DNA of 32,000 bases, taken from Nanoarchaeum equitans Kin4-M (GTDB lineage: Archaea; Nanobdellota; Nanobdellia; Nanobdellales; Nanoarchaeaceae). Location: assembly GCA_000008085.1 (NCBI GenBank), contig AE017199.1, forward strand, positions 120,001-152,000, written 5' to 3'. Below are positions 8,984 through 18,301 of the stretch, one piece after another. Below the pieces are notes generated by a model. The model saw only the letters and a list, made by a program, of their open reading frames with translations, was not told the origin of the DNA and searched no databases. Position numbers and translations under genes: made by a program. The stretch's first letter is position 1; every line of letters starts with the position of its first letter.

Positions 8984-9858
8984 TTCCAGAATTGCCACTC
9001 TCTAAAGTAAAAGTCGTTCGACACTATTATGTATAACTCTTTTGGATTAAGTATTTTTCCGTTTTGGGGCTCAAAATAAGTACAATTGTTTTTTTGGTTT
9101 GGCAATAATGGTTTGTCACATATAGCTGTAATACAATGGCCCAAGGTTTCATTTATTTTATAGCAAACTATCGATGGGTTTTTTATTTCTATTGTATAAG
9201 CTTTAGCGTTGGGCAAATAATATATAGTATTACCTTCTTTGTATAAATAAAGCTTACTATTGTTCTGTTTAACATAAAAAGTTATTTTCTTATAACCGTT
9301 TCTAGCTAAATAATATATTAGGGAATAAGCAAACAAACTCCAATCTTCACAATCCCCTCCTTTAGTTCTAATAAATTCGTCAACACTTTCTAAATAATCG
9401 CCGCTCTCTTTTTTATAAGAGAAACCCAATTTATTTTGCATTATATTAACTAGGCAAGCGTAGTTAAGGGTATCATTGTTGGTACATTTATCTAATGGCA
9501 AATCTGTAAAATTATAGTTTTGCGCTTTTATTAGGAATTTAATTCTATCATTGTTAGAATACTGTGATTCCAGATTGGTTAATTTTAACCTTAAATAATA
9601 ATTCTCGGATTCTAATTTTTTGTTTTGTTCTTCCAATTTTTTTATAGTTTCGTTTTTAGTCTCTAATAAACCAATAGTTTGGTTATATTTTTTTAAAAGA
9701 CTACCATATTGGCTTTTCAAACTGTTTAGATTATCCAATAGGGTTTTTAGTTTGTGCTCTTTATATTTAAGCTGGAAATATAAATAACCACCTATAGCTA
9801 ATAACATAATTAATGGCAAAGCAAATAGTAAACGAAATATCTTAAATATGAAGAACAT
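8980..9858 (-). CDS. Membrane-anchored transglutaminase-like (papain-fold) cysteine protease-like protein with coiled coil
   Basis: N-terminal TM, coiled coil (NNLNSLKSQYGSLLKKYNQTIGLLETKNETIKKLEEQNKKLE), catalytic-Cys-like GGDCEDWSLFAYSLIYYLARNG, candidate His in LGHCITAI. Confidence 0.7.
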   Translation of the reverse strand: MFFIFKIFRLLFALPLIMLLAIGGYLYFQLKYKEHKLKTLLDNLNSLKSQYGSLLKKYNQTIGLLETKNETIKKLEEQNKKLESENYYLRLKLTNLESQYSNNDRIKFLIKAQNYNFTDLPLDKCTNNDTLNYACLVNIMQNKLGFSYKKESGDYLESVDEFIRTKGGDCEDWSLFAYSLIYYLARNGYKKITFYVKQNNSKLYLYKEGNTIYYLPNAKAYTIEIKNPSIVCYKINETLGHCITAICDKPLLPNQKNNCTYFEPQNGKILNPKELYIIVSNDFYFREWQFWK

Positions 9859-9887
9859 TAAAATTTAGATTGAGTCTAATTAAAAAT

Positions 9888-11510
9888 TTATTCTTCTTCT
9901 GGTAATTCTGGTTCTTTCTTGGATTCGCCCTCTTTCTTGGTTGCGGCTATAACATCGTCTATCCTTAATATCATTATTGCTGCCTCAGTTGCGGATTTTA
10001 TTGCTTGGGATTTTACTCTGAATGGTTCTATAACACCTTTTTCCCACATATCTGCTACTTTGCCTTCGAATACATCTACACCAGCCCATTTTTCTCCTTT
10101 TTCGTGCCTACTTCTTAGTTCGGCCATTATTTCTATTGGGTCTAAACCTGCGTTTTCTGCTAAGGTTTGTGGTATTATTTCTAAGGAATCAGCAAACTTC
10201 AATGCTGCTAATTGTTCTTTAGATGGTAATTGTTGTGCCCATTCTCTTAGTCTTTTTGCTAGTTCTACTTCTACTGCTCCACCCCCAGCAACTACTTTAC
10301 CATCTTTTAATGCAACTGCCACATCTTTCATTGCATCAGTTAATGCTCTTTCTATTTCATCAACTATATGTTCTGTACCACCCCTAATTAATATAGTAAC
10401 TGCCCTTGGATTCTTGCAACCTGTTACAAATACCATGCTCTCTCCAGCAACTTTTCTTTCTTCTACCAATTCAGCTTCTCCTAGATCCTCTGGGGTTAGG
10501 TCTTCTACATTTGTTACTATCCTAGCACCAGTTGCTTTAGCTAATTTTTCCATATCGGATTTCTTAACCCTTCTTACTGCGAATATTCCATATTTAGCTA
10601 AATAGTATGCTGCTAAATCATCTATACCTTTTTGTACGAATACGACATTAGCGCCCACTTCTTTTATTTTGTCGACCATTCTCTTTAGCATCTCTTCTTC
10701 TTTTCTTAAGAAAGCATCCAATTGTTCGGGAGAGGTTATATTTATCCTAGCGTCTATTTCTGTTTCTTTAACTTCTAATGCTCCATTGATTAAAGCTATT
10801 TTTGCATTTTTGACTACTTTAGGCATTCCTGGATGGACTCTTTCTTTGTCTATTACCACACCATCAACTAATTCAGTATCTTCTACACCTCCACCAATTT
10901 TCTTTTCTATTTTTATAGAATCTATATCTACTACTGTTTTACCATCAACTTCGTATGTTACTTTTCTAACAGCATCAACTACCAAGTCTGCTAAGAAGTC
11001 TCTTGCTAATTCTGCTACTTTTCCAGTCATTGCTGTTTTAGCTATTTTCTTTAGAACCTCTACATCATCTTTTGTTATTTTTTCTGCTATTTCGTCTAAT
11101 TCTTTTAATGCCCTATCTGCAGCTTTTCTGTAACCTTCAGCTATAACAGTTGGATGTACACCCATGTCTAATAATTCTTCAGCGTTCTTTAGCAATTCAC
11201 CAGCGATTACTACAGCTGTAGTAGTACCGTCTCCTACTTCTTCTTCTTGGGTTTTTGCTACTTCAACAATTAATTTCGCTGCAGGGTGTACTACTTCCAT
11301 TTGTTCTAATATTGTTACACCGTCGTTTGTTACAGTTATATCTCCTAATTCGTCTACAAGCATTTTATCCATCCCTCTAGGACCTAAAGTAGTTCTTACA
11401 GTTTCCGCTACTAATCTTGCAGCCATGATATTTGTTCTTAAAGCGTCTCTTCCTACTGTTCTTACATAGTTTTCGGGCAAAATTATTACGGGTTGTACGG
11501 ATTTGGTCAT
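9888..11510 (-). CDS. thsA: Group II chaperonin (thermosome) subunit
   Basis: 540 aa; [59 protein letters not shown]. Confidence 0.98.
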   Translation of the reverse strand: MTKSVQPVIILPENYVRTVGRDALRTNIMAARLVAETVRTTLGPRGMDKMLVDELGDITVTNDGVTILEQMEVVHPAAKLIVEVAKTQEEEVGDGTTTAVVIAGELLKNAEELLDMGVHPTVIAEGYRKAADRALKELDEIAEKITKDDVEVLKKIAKTAMTGKVAELARDFLADLVVDAVRKVTYEVDGKTVVDIDSIKIEKKIGGGVEDTELVDGVVIDKERVHPGMPKVVKNAKIALINGALEVKETEIDARINITSPEQLDAFLRKEEEMLKRMVDKIKEVGANVVFVQKGIDDLAAYYLAKYGIFAVRRVKKSDMEKLAKATGARIVTNVEDLTPEDLGEAELVEERKVAGESMVFVTGCKNPRAVTILIRGGTEHIVDEIERALTDAMKDVAVALKDGKVVAGGGAVEVELAKRLREWAQQLPSKEQLAALKFADSLEIIPQTLAENAGLDPIEIMAELRSRHEKGEKWAGVDVFEGKVADMWEKGVIEPFRVKSQAIKSATEAAIMILRIDDVIAATKKEGESKKEPELPEEE

Positions 11511-11656
11511 ACGTAATAAAATGTTATGCTATTAAAAACATTATGGCTAAAATTATAGCTTTTTTGTCCGAGCAAATCTATTACAATCGTTTAGCCGAAA
11601 ATAAAAAATAAAATGGTCTATTAGTATATTTATAAACTAATAATAAAATAATACAA

Positions 11657-13360
11657 GTGAGGAGAACCTTCAGAGAAGCTACTATTGCTGAGTTCTTTGA
11701 GAAAAATAAACAATTCTTAGGGTTTGATAGTCCAAGAAAAGCTTTAGTAATGACTGTTAAAGAGCTAGTAGATAACGCCCTCGATGCTACAGAGGAAGCG
11801 AGAATATTGCCTACAATCAAAGTTACATTAAAAGAAGGCAAATATATGACAGTTAGAGTCGAAGATAACGGACCTGGAATACCTTTTAACGAAGTTCCAA
11901 ATGTTTTTGGCAAATTCCTATATGGTACAAAATTCCATGTGTTGAAACAAAATAGAGGCCAACAAGGTATTGGTGCTGCGGCAATAACATTGTATTCCCA
12001 ACTAACAACGGGTAAACCAATTAGGGTATGGGACAAACCAATAGATTCAAACAAAGCTTATTATTATGAAATAATGATTGATACAAAAAGGAACGAGCCT
12101 GAAGTATTAGTAAAAAAGGAAGTAAAACTAAACATAAAACATGGACTAATTGTTGAAGCAGACATAAAGGGAGAATACACAAAAGGAAAACAAAGCGTAG
12201 ACCAATATTTAAAATTAACAGCAGTTGCTAATCCCCATGCAGAAATAATATATAGAACTCCAAAAGGAGAATACATAGTTTTCAAAAGAGGCACAAATGA
12301 ATTGCCTCCCTTGCCTAAAGAAATAAAACCCCATCCCCATGGTATAGAATTGGGACAACTAAAGAAAATGGTTAGCGAACATAAAGGCGATCTAATGGAT
12401 TTCTTAATAAAGAATTTTTCTTCTGTAGGAGAAGACAAAGCAAAAGAAATACTAGCTAGATATATATTCTATAAAGAAGGCAAAGAGGATTTTGAAAAGT
12501 TCTTTAAAAGATTTAGAGGGAGAAAAATTGATATAAAATCATTAACTAGTGAAGATTTGGAATTATTGCTAAAAGCAATGAGAGAGACCAAATTAAAAAT
12601 GCCTTCAGCCAAAGCTTTAATACCGATTGGAGAAAAAAATTTGCAAATTGGTATTACTAAAGAGTATGATGTAGAATATTTGGCAGTAAAAACTAGGAAA
12701 CCTAAAGTATATTCCGGGGGTATACCATTTTTGGTTGAAGTAGCTATAGGCTATGGAGATTTTGAAAAAGCTGAAATATTAAGGTTTGCCAATAGAACCC
12801 CATTATTGTATAAAGCAGGAGAATGTGCAATAGTTAAAGCTATAAAAGATATAAACTGGAAACGCTATGGTTTTGAGGTAGAGAACAATTTGCCAAAAAA
12901 TGCTTTGATATTAGTACATATTGCCAGTGTTAAAGTCCCATATACTAGTGAATCAAAAGAGGCAATTGCAGATATACCAGAGGTAAGGGAAGAAATAAAA
13001 AGAGCTTTACAAGAAGTCGCAAGAAAAGTTCAGATATATATTAAAAAGAAAGAGGAAACCAAAGAATTGGCAGAGAAATATTTAAGATTTTATGCCTATG
13101 GAAAAGAGATAGAAAGATATTTGCCTAAGCTTATTGACAAAGATGTTGATTCAGTAGTAACTAAAACCATATTAAAGAGATTAGAAGAAGAGCTATTAGA
13201 AAGGATAAAGAACAACAAAACCATTGTAACACATATAGAGAATAAAGACTACGAAACTGCTAAAAAGCTAATAAAGAAAATGGTGATGCCATTGATTAAG
13301 AAAAAAATAATTGATGAAAGCTTTATAGATAGGTTAATCCAACTCTACAATGTCTCCTAA
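11657..13360 (+). CDS. top6B: Type II DNA topoisomerase VI subunit B
   Basis: 567 aa; REATIAEFFEKNKQFLGFD, VKELVDNALDA, VEDNGPGIP, GQQGIGAAAITLYSQLT GHKL ATPase motifs. Confidence 0.96.
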   Translation: MRRTFREATIAEFFEKNKQFLGFDSPRKALVMTVKELVDNALDATEEARILPTIKVTLKEGKYMTVRVEDNGPGIPFNEVPNVFGKFLYGTKFHVLKQNRGQQGIGAAAITLYSQLTTGKPIRVWDKPIDSNKAYYYEIMIDTKRNEPEVLVKKEVKLNIKHGLIVEADIKGEYTKGKQSVDQYLKLTAVANPHAEIIYRTPKGEYIVFKRGTNELPPLPKEIKPHPHGIELGQLKKMVSEHKGDLMDFLIKNFSSVGEDKAKEILARYIFYKEGKEDFEKFFKRFRGRKIDIKSLTSEDLELLLKAMRETKLKMPSAKALIPIGEKNLQIGITKEYDVEYLAVKTRKPKVYSGGIPFLVEVAIGYGDFEKAEILRFANRTPLLYKAGECAIVKAIKDINWKRYGFEVENNLPKNALILVHIASVKVPYTSESKEAIADIPEVREEIKRALQEVARKVQIYIKKKEETKELAEKYLRFYAYGKEIERYLPKLIDKDVDSVVTKTILKRLEEELLERIKNNKTIVTHIENKDYETAKKLIKKMVMPLIKKKIIDESFIDRLIQLYNVS

Positions 13361-13780
13361 ACTGTATAGCTCTTCTTTCGCTTTTTCTTGGGATAAAGCC
13401 ACTTTTTTCTTTTCCATTATTTTTATGCCCAATAGTTTCTCTATTTTTTTAGCTAGCTTCTCACTAGGATAATAATCCCCGCTCTCTATTTTACTTATTG
13501 TATTTATATCTGTGTGTAATAGCTTTGCTAAATCTGATTGAGTTAAACCCTTTTCTTCTCTAGCCTTCTTTATTAGTTCATTAAAATTGGGCACAAACTC
13601 TATTATTTCTTCAACAATTGGTTTGCGTTCCTCTTTAGATATTGTTTTTTTCAAATCTATTATTTCTAGGATTTTACCATAGCTAGAACAGCTTTTGCAA
13701 ACTTTTAGCTTGGTGCCTTCTATTTCTATAATGTAAAGTTTGTCTCTAATGGGATCTCCACAAATTTCACAATAATACAT
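13334..13780 (-). CDS. aMBF1-like transcriptional regulator (zinc ribbon plus HTH)
   Basis: MYYCEICGDPI...CKSCSSYG zinc ribbon plus ELIKKAREEKGLTQSDLAKLLHTDINTISKIESG HTH. Confidence 0.9.
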   Translation of the reverse strand: MYYCEICGDPIRDKLYIIEIEGTKLKVCKSCSSYGKILEIIDLKKTISKEERKPIVEEIIEFVPNFNELIKKAREEKGLTQSDLAKLLHTDINTISKIESGDYYPSEKLAKKIEKLLGIKIMEKKKVALSQEKAKEELYSLGDIVELD

Positions 13781-13826
13781 GTTATGGCTATATAGTATTT
13801 TTTAAAACCTTTGCTAGTTAAGACCA

Positions 13827-14633
13827 ATGGAAGTACCTTTATACAATTTACAAGCCTCGCAAGTGGGCAATATAGAATTGCCCCCACAATTTAATGAAAA
13901 AATAAGATTTGATGTTATAAAAAGGGCTTTCTTAGCTATACAATCCCATAAAAGACAACCTTATGGGGCAAGCCCTATTGCTGGTAAACAACATAGTGCA
14001 TGGACTTCTAAGAGAAGGAGAAGCTGGAGAACTAGCTATGGAAGAGGTATATCAAGGGTTTCCAGGGCTATATTAAGAAGGCATGGCGCATTATTTTATT
14101 GGGTAGCTAGAAACATAGCACAAGCTGTAAAAGGTAAAAAAGCCCACCCCCCAAAGGCTGAAAAGGATTGGTATGAAAAAATAAACAAAAAAGAGAGAAG
14201 ACTAGCAATAAGGTCTGCTTTAGCCGCAACTAAAGAATTAGATTTAGTAAAAGCTAGGGGACACATAATAGATAAGCCTGTTCCAATAGTTGTAGATGGG
14301 TTAGAACAATTGAGAAAAACAAAAGAGATACAACAATTATTATTAAAATTGGGATTAGAAAAGGAATTAGAAAGGGTATATGAAATCAAAAGGAGGGCTG
14401 GTAAAGGTAAGAGAAGAGGTAGAGCATATATAGAAAGAAAAGGCCCATTAATTGTGGTAAATGACTATAACGAACAACTATTCAAAGCTGTAGATAACAT
14501 TCCAGGGTTAGATATAGAGGAAGTCCCTAATTTGAATGTAGAACTACTCGCCCCCGGGGCGAAACCAGGAAGGCTATTAATTATTTCTAAAGATGCTTTA
14601 GAAACTCTTAGAGAGAGGAAACTTTTCTTTTAA
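13827..14633 (+). CDS. rpl4: Ribosomal protein uL4
   Basis: 268 aa; FDVIKRAFLAIQSHKRQPYGASPIAGKQHSAWTSKRRRSWRTSYGRGISRVSR and APGAKPGRLLI. Confidence 0.95.
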   Translation: MEVPLYNLQASQVGNIELPPQFNEKIRFDVIKRAFLAIQSHKRQPYGASPIAGKQHSAWTSKRRRSWRTSYGRGISRVSRAILRRHGALFYWVARNIAQAVKGKKAHPPKAEKDWYEKINKKERRLAIRSALAATKELDLVKARGHIIDKPVPIVVDGLEQLRKTKEIQQLLLKLGLEKELERVYEIKRRAGKGKRRGRAYIERKGPLIVVNDYNEQLFKAVDNIPGLDIEEVPNLNVELLAPGAKPGRLLIISKDALETLRERKLFF

Positions 14634-15251
14634 CTTTCTATAAGCTTTAAAATATTGCCTTAAAATATATAGTTTGCTCACATTGGCTGCATACTCCATT
14701 ATTGGATCTTTTATTTTAGAGGTTACCATCCCTAAGGCAGGCCCTATAGTTAAAGACCAAACCAAATATGGAGGAAACAATTCTTTGAATTTCTCTTTGA
14801 AACTAATGTCTTTCCCTCTATATTTCTCCAACAAACTATCTAACAATGCGACATACCCAACAAACAATGCTTCGCTAATAATGTTATCCAATGGGTATCC
14901 GAAATTTGTTTTGGGCATGTGAGAATCTATTATATAATAAGTTCCAATTATTCCTAGGTAATCAAACAAAATGTTTGCTAAATATTTAGCTATGCTTTTT
15001 CCTATATATTTTGACTGCATATCCCTTATGTGCTCTAAATATGGATCCTTATTGGGAGTTTTTATTGAAATATAGTCTACAATCTCTTGAGTTGGCAACA
15101 ATACTATATCTTTTTCGTTATCTGAAGTAATCATAAATAAACCATATGGTTTTGCAATTCTTCCATCTTTTAATTTATAATGATCTATTTGGTAATTAGA
15201 AAGCAAATCTTGTAATAACAAATCGTTTACCCTTAGAACATATTCTGGCAT
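14598..15251 (-). CDS. Hypothetical protein, possible C-terminal membrane association
   Basis: 217 aa ORF with start codon; no recognised family. Confidence 0.6.
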   Translation of the reverse strand: MPEYVLRVNDLLLQDLLSNYQIDHYKLKDGRIAKPYGLFMITSDNEKDIVLLPTQEIVDYISIKTPNKDPYLEHIRDMQSKYIGKSIAKYLANILFDYLGIIGTYYIIDSHMPKTNFGYPLDNIISEALFVGYVALLDSLLEKYRGKDISFKEKFKELFPPYLVWSLTIGPALGMVTSKIKDPIMEYAANVSKLYILRQYFKAYRKLKEKFPLSKSF

Positions 15252-15279
15252 TTACTACTATTAAGTGATAATTTAAAAA

Positions 15280-15353
15280 TGGGGCCGCCGGGATTTGAAC
15301 CCGGGACCTCCGGCGCCCCAGGCCGGCGCCCTACCAAGCTGGGCCACGGCCCC
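15280..15353 (-). tRNA. tRNA-Pro (anticodon GGG)
   Basis: GGGGCCG/CGGCCCC acceptor, CCGGC-CTGGGGC-GCCGG anticodon arm, CCGGG-TTCAAAT-CCCGG T arm. Confidence 0.95.
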
Positions 15354-15373
15354 AAGCATAATATAAAAACTAT

Positions 15374-15775
15374 TTAAAGATGTTTTATTATAATTTTTCT
15401 CTCCCTTGGGCCATCAAATTCTAAGAATAATACTCTCTGCCATGTTCCTAATTGTAAATCGTTATTCTCTACAGGTATAAAAATCGAATGCCCAAATAAA
15501 CTGGCTAACAAATGTGCATCTGCATTATTGTCTATTAGATTATGCTTATATGGGTAATCGGTTGGCATTATCCTTTCGAACAAATTATAAAAATCCTCTA
15601 TTAAATTGGGTTCATATTCGTTTATTGTAATAGCTGTGGTAGTGTGAGGGATAAACAAAAACAATATTCCATCTCTTATTTTTATGTTTTCTCTAACTAA
15701 ATCAGTAATATCAATTATTTCTCTCCTTTTGTGGGTTTTTATTTTGATTATCATTTTTATTTGTTTGTTCATCAT
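15374..15775 (-). CDS. YjbQ/UPF0047 family protein
   Basis: LFLFIPHTTTAITINEYEPN, DNNADAHLLASLFGHSIFIPVENNDLQLGTWQRVLFLEFDGPRERKI. Confidence 0.93.
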   Translation of the reverse strand: MMNKQIKMIIKIKTHKRREIIDITDLVRENIKIRDGILFLFIPHTTTAITINEYEPNLIEDFYNLFERIMPTDYPYKHNLIDNNADAHLLASLFGHSIFIPVENNDLQLGTWQRVLFLEFDGPRERKIIIKHL

Positions 15776-17045
15776 TTATACATCTATTGGGGATTGGCCC
15801 ATAGTATCCTGTAGCCTCTTCATAATTCTCTTTTATCAAACTATGCAATTTATTAGACAATTCTATTTGTTTTACCCATTCTCCTTCTAATTTTGATTGG
15901 CGAGCCATAGTTCCTAAAAATCTAACCATCTCTTTAGATAAAGGCTTTGGCTTACATAAAGCCCATGGTGTACCGGGTAAGGGCATAAAATAATGAGCCC
16001 TTACTTTCCCTCCTTTAGAAATAATCCATTTCATCAATTCTATAGTATTTCTATCGCTTTCTTCATCTTCATAAGGAGTACCGACGATAAAATCGACTAT
16101 TGGAGTAAACCCATATTCTATAGAATATTCTACAGCCCTCTTTATTGTTTCCACATCATGTAGTCTATGCATTAGTTTTAGTATTCTATTATCACCACTT
16201 TGCGCCCCAATAATTATTTTTCTATTGTCAGCATATTTTAATAACAATTCTAAAGTTTCTGGTATAACGAATTCTGGTCTTACTTCACTAGGAAAAGTTC
16301 CGAAAAATAGCCTTCTTCCTTCTTTTCTTAGAGGTTGTAACGCCCTAAGCAAAGCCTCTAGTTTTTCCAAAACCAATATAGCACCTGGGGATCCATAAGC
16401 AAAAGCGTTAGGAGAAATGTAACGCATATCTCTTAGATAGCGGGAATGTTTTACTATTTGGTCTATAGGTCTATGTCTCATTCTAAATCCCTTAAAGAAT
16501 GGGGTTTGACAATAATTGCAACCAAAGGGACAACCCCTACTAATCTCTATAGGGCCTACCATTCTTATAGATTCTGCGAATGGTGGATATTTATAAAAAT
16601 CTTCTACTTTTGCAAAACCTGTAAATTTGTAACCATTTAAATTAAAAGCTAACCCTCTAATAGTTAACAAATCCTTATTGATTGCTTTGTTCTTTTTTAG
16701 ATTTTCCAATAAATAATATAAAGTTTCTTCTCCTTCTCCTACTACAGCGATATCGAAACCCATCTTTAATGTATGTCTAGGCATAGCACTAGCATGGTAA
16801 CCTCCAGCGATGGCTATAGCATTTATTTTGCTTTTTAGCATTTGGATTTCTTTTTTTACTTCCCAAACCTCTGTGCTATAGAAAGAATATAAAACAATTT
16901 TTGGTTTTGTTTTGATTAGATCTTCGAAGCTTCTCGCTATTGCTATTTCATTTATATCAAAGCCTTGTTTCTCTAATGCGCCTAATAGATAAGAAAAAGC
17001 ATTTCTATTGTTTTTAGTTAACCTTATAGCTATCACAGTATGCAT
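15711..17045 (-). CDS. B12-binding domain / radical SAM protein
   Basis: IAGGYHASAMPRHTLKMGFDIAVVGEGEET and ISRGCPFGCNYCQTP (CxxxCxxC). Confidence 0.93.
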   Translation of the reverse strand: MHTVIAIRLTKNNRNAFSYLLGALEKQGFDINEIAIARSFEDLIKTKPKIVLYSFYSTEVWEVKKEIQMLKSKINAIAIAGGYHASAMPRHTLKMGFDIAVVGEGEETLYYLLENLKKNKAINKDLLTIRGLAFNLNGYKFTGFAKVEDFYKYPPFAESIRMVGPIEISRGCPFGCNYCQTPFFKGFRMRHRPIDQIVKHSRYLRDMRYISPNAFAYGSPGAILVLEKLEALLRALQPLRKEGRRLFFGTFPSEVRPEFVIPETLELLLKYADNRKIIIGAQSGDNRILKLMHRLHDVETIKRAVEYSIEYGFTPIVDFIVGTPYEDEESDRNTIELMKWIISKGGKVRAHYFMPLPGTPWALCKPKPLSKEMVRFLGTMARQSKLEGEWVKQIELSNKLHSLIKENYEEATGYYGPIPNRCINDEQTNKNDNQNKNPQKERNN

Positions 17046-17071
17046 ATAAATGTCTATTTATATTTTCGTAT

Positions 17072-17365
17072 ATGGATTTAGAAGAGATTAGAAAAAAGAA
17101 ATTGGAAGAATTAAAAAAGGAAGAAGCAAAGAGAAAATTGTTAGAGCAATTAGAATCGAATGTTATGCAGTATCTAACTTCGGAAGCAAAACAAAGGTTA
17201 TATAATATAAAAATGGCCCACCCTGAAAAATATGAATTGGCATTACAAATATTATATAGGGTAATACAGCAAACCCCAACAATTATTGATGATACAACAT
17301 TAAAAAAGCTATTGGCTAAGCTATTCCAAAAAAGGGAGCCAAAGATAAGATTTATAAGGAAGTAA
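17072..17365 (+). CDS. PDCD5/TFAR19-related DNA-binding protein
   Basis: 97 aa helical protein: LEEIRKKKLEELKK, LLEQLESNVMQYLTSEAKQRLYNIKMAHPEKYE. Confidence 0.88.
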   Translation: MDLEEIRKKKLEELKKEEAKRKLLEQLESNVMQYLTSEAKQRLYNIKMAHPEKYELALQILYRVIQQTPTIIDDTTLKKLLAKLFQKREPKIRFIRK

Positions 17366-17894
17366 CAAATTCAATAAATTCGTTTACCGCTTTTTCTAAT
17401 TCTATGTTTTCTATTATTTTTACTATTTTTTCTTCAAACAAAATAGGAATTAACATATTCATAGAAAGGGTTAACCATTTCTCCAAATCGTTTATATTTA
17501 TTTCAGGCCTTTTTCTTTTGTCTTTTTTTCTTCTTTCTAATATTAGTTTTGGAGGCGCATATATGTATGTTACAGCTCTAACATTTAAATTGTTAACAAA
17601 ATCTCTAGTAACACCAGGAATCAATATATTGTTTTTGTAAAATAATAAATGTGTATCAACAATAGTTAACCCTTTAGCTCTTTTTTTAATCGCTTTTTTT
17701 AAGATATCTTGCATTTTTCTATAAAGGGAAGGACTTTTGATGTATAAATCTAAAATTTTGTCCCTATCCATTTTTAAAAAAGAAGAAACAATATCGCCGG
17801 CATTTATGTAAGTGAAATTAATTCTTTTCATTGCTTCCTTTATTATTGTTGTTTTTCCCACTCCTGGTAAACCTGTTACTAGTACAACCTTCAT
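17352..17894 (-). CDS. adkA: Archaeal-type adenylate kinase
   Basis: VVLVTGLPGVGKTTIIKEAM P-loop, NAGDIV, IVDTHLLF, RRKKDKRKRP. Confidence 0.85.
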   Translation of the reverse strand: MKVVLVTGLPGVGKTTIIKEAMKRINFTYINAGDIVSSFLKMDRDKILDLYIKSPSLYRKMQDILKKAIKKRAKGLTIVDTHLLFYKNNILIPGVTRDFVNNLNVRAVTYIYAPPKLILERRKKDKRKRPEININDLEKWLTLSMNMLIPILFEEKIVKIIENIELEKAVNEFIEFVTSL

Positions 17895-18190
17895 TGGAAT
17901 AATTCGCTAAAAATCTTTTTTATTTGTGAACCTGTTAGATACATCGATGCTACTCCTGCTATTACGAATGCAGACCTATCGCTAGACAATGGTTTTAACC
18001 ATTCCCATTGGAATACTCCATACAAAATAAAAAATATACCCATCATAAAAGTAGTACCTACAGAAAATGTAGAAATAAACTCGCTCATAGGCAAATTTTC
18101 CCCAACAGTTATTTTTTTAATTAAATAATGTAATAAAGCTAGCAACACCCCAAATAAAACTGCTATAGTTTGATAATCCAATCCATTCAC
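17891..18190 (-). CDS. Small hypothetical membrane protein
   Basis: About 100 aa with TM segments (IAVLFGVLLALLHYLI; FMMGIFFILYGVFQW); translationally coupled to the adk-like gene. Confidence 0.65.
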   Translation of the reverse strand: MNGLDYQTIAVLFGVLLALLHYLIKKITVGENLPMSEFISTFSVGTTFMMGIFFILYGVFQWEWLKPLSSDRSAFVIAGVASMYLTGSQIKKIFSELFQ

Positions 18191-18223
18191 CAAAAATTAT
18201 AATGTTTTGATTTAAAACTATAG

Positions 18224-18297
18224 CGGGCCCGGCGGGATTCGAACCCGCGACTTCCGGGTTAAAAGCCCGGCGCTCTTCCAGGCTGAGCTACGGGCCC
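18224..18297 (-). tRNA. tRNA-Lys (anticodon TTT)
   Basis: GGGCCCG/CGGGCCC acceptor, CCGGG-CTTTTAA-CCCGG anticodon arm, GCGGG-TTCGAAT-CCCGC T arm. Confidence 0.95.
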
Positions 18298-18301
18298 AGA
18301 G

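Noticed and set aside
10340-10380. TTGATGA...CTGA inside the thermosome gene resembling C/D boxes
   Set aside because: Spacing is about 17 nt, boxes are imperfect and fully explained by conserved coding sequence.
9919-11469. Three long plus-strand ORFs (228, 154, 101 aa) opposite the thermosome
   Set aside because: Shadow ORFs of a highly conserved coding sequence; low-complexity Ser-rich translations.
11581-12438. Minus-strand ORFs (157 and 124 aa) opposite top6B
   Set aside because: Antisense to the conserved GHKL ATPase region of Topo VI-B; no independent support.
15740-15775. ATGATGA C-box-like sequence on the minus strand at the YjbQ start
   Set aside because: No CTGA D/D' box at suitable distance; explained by Met-Met start codons.
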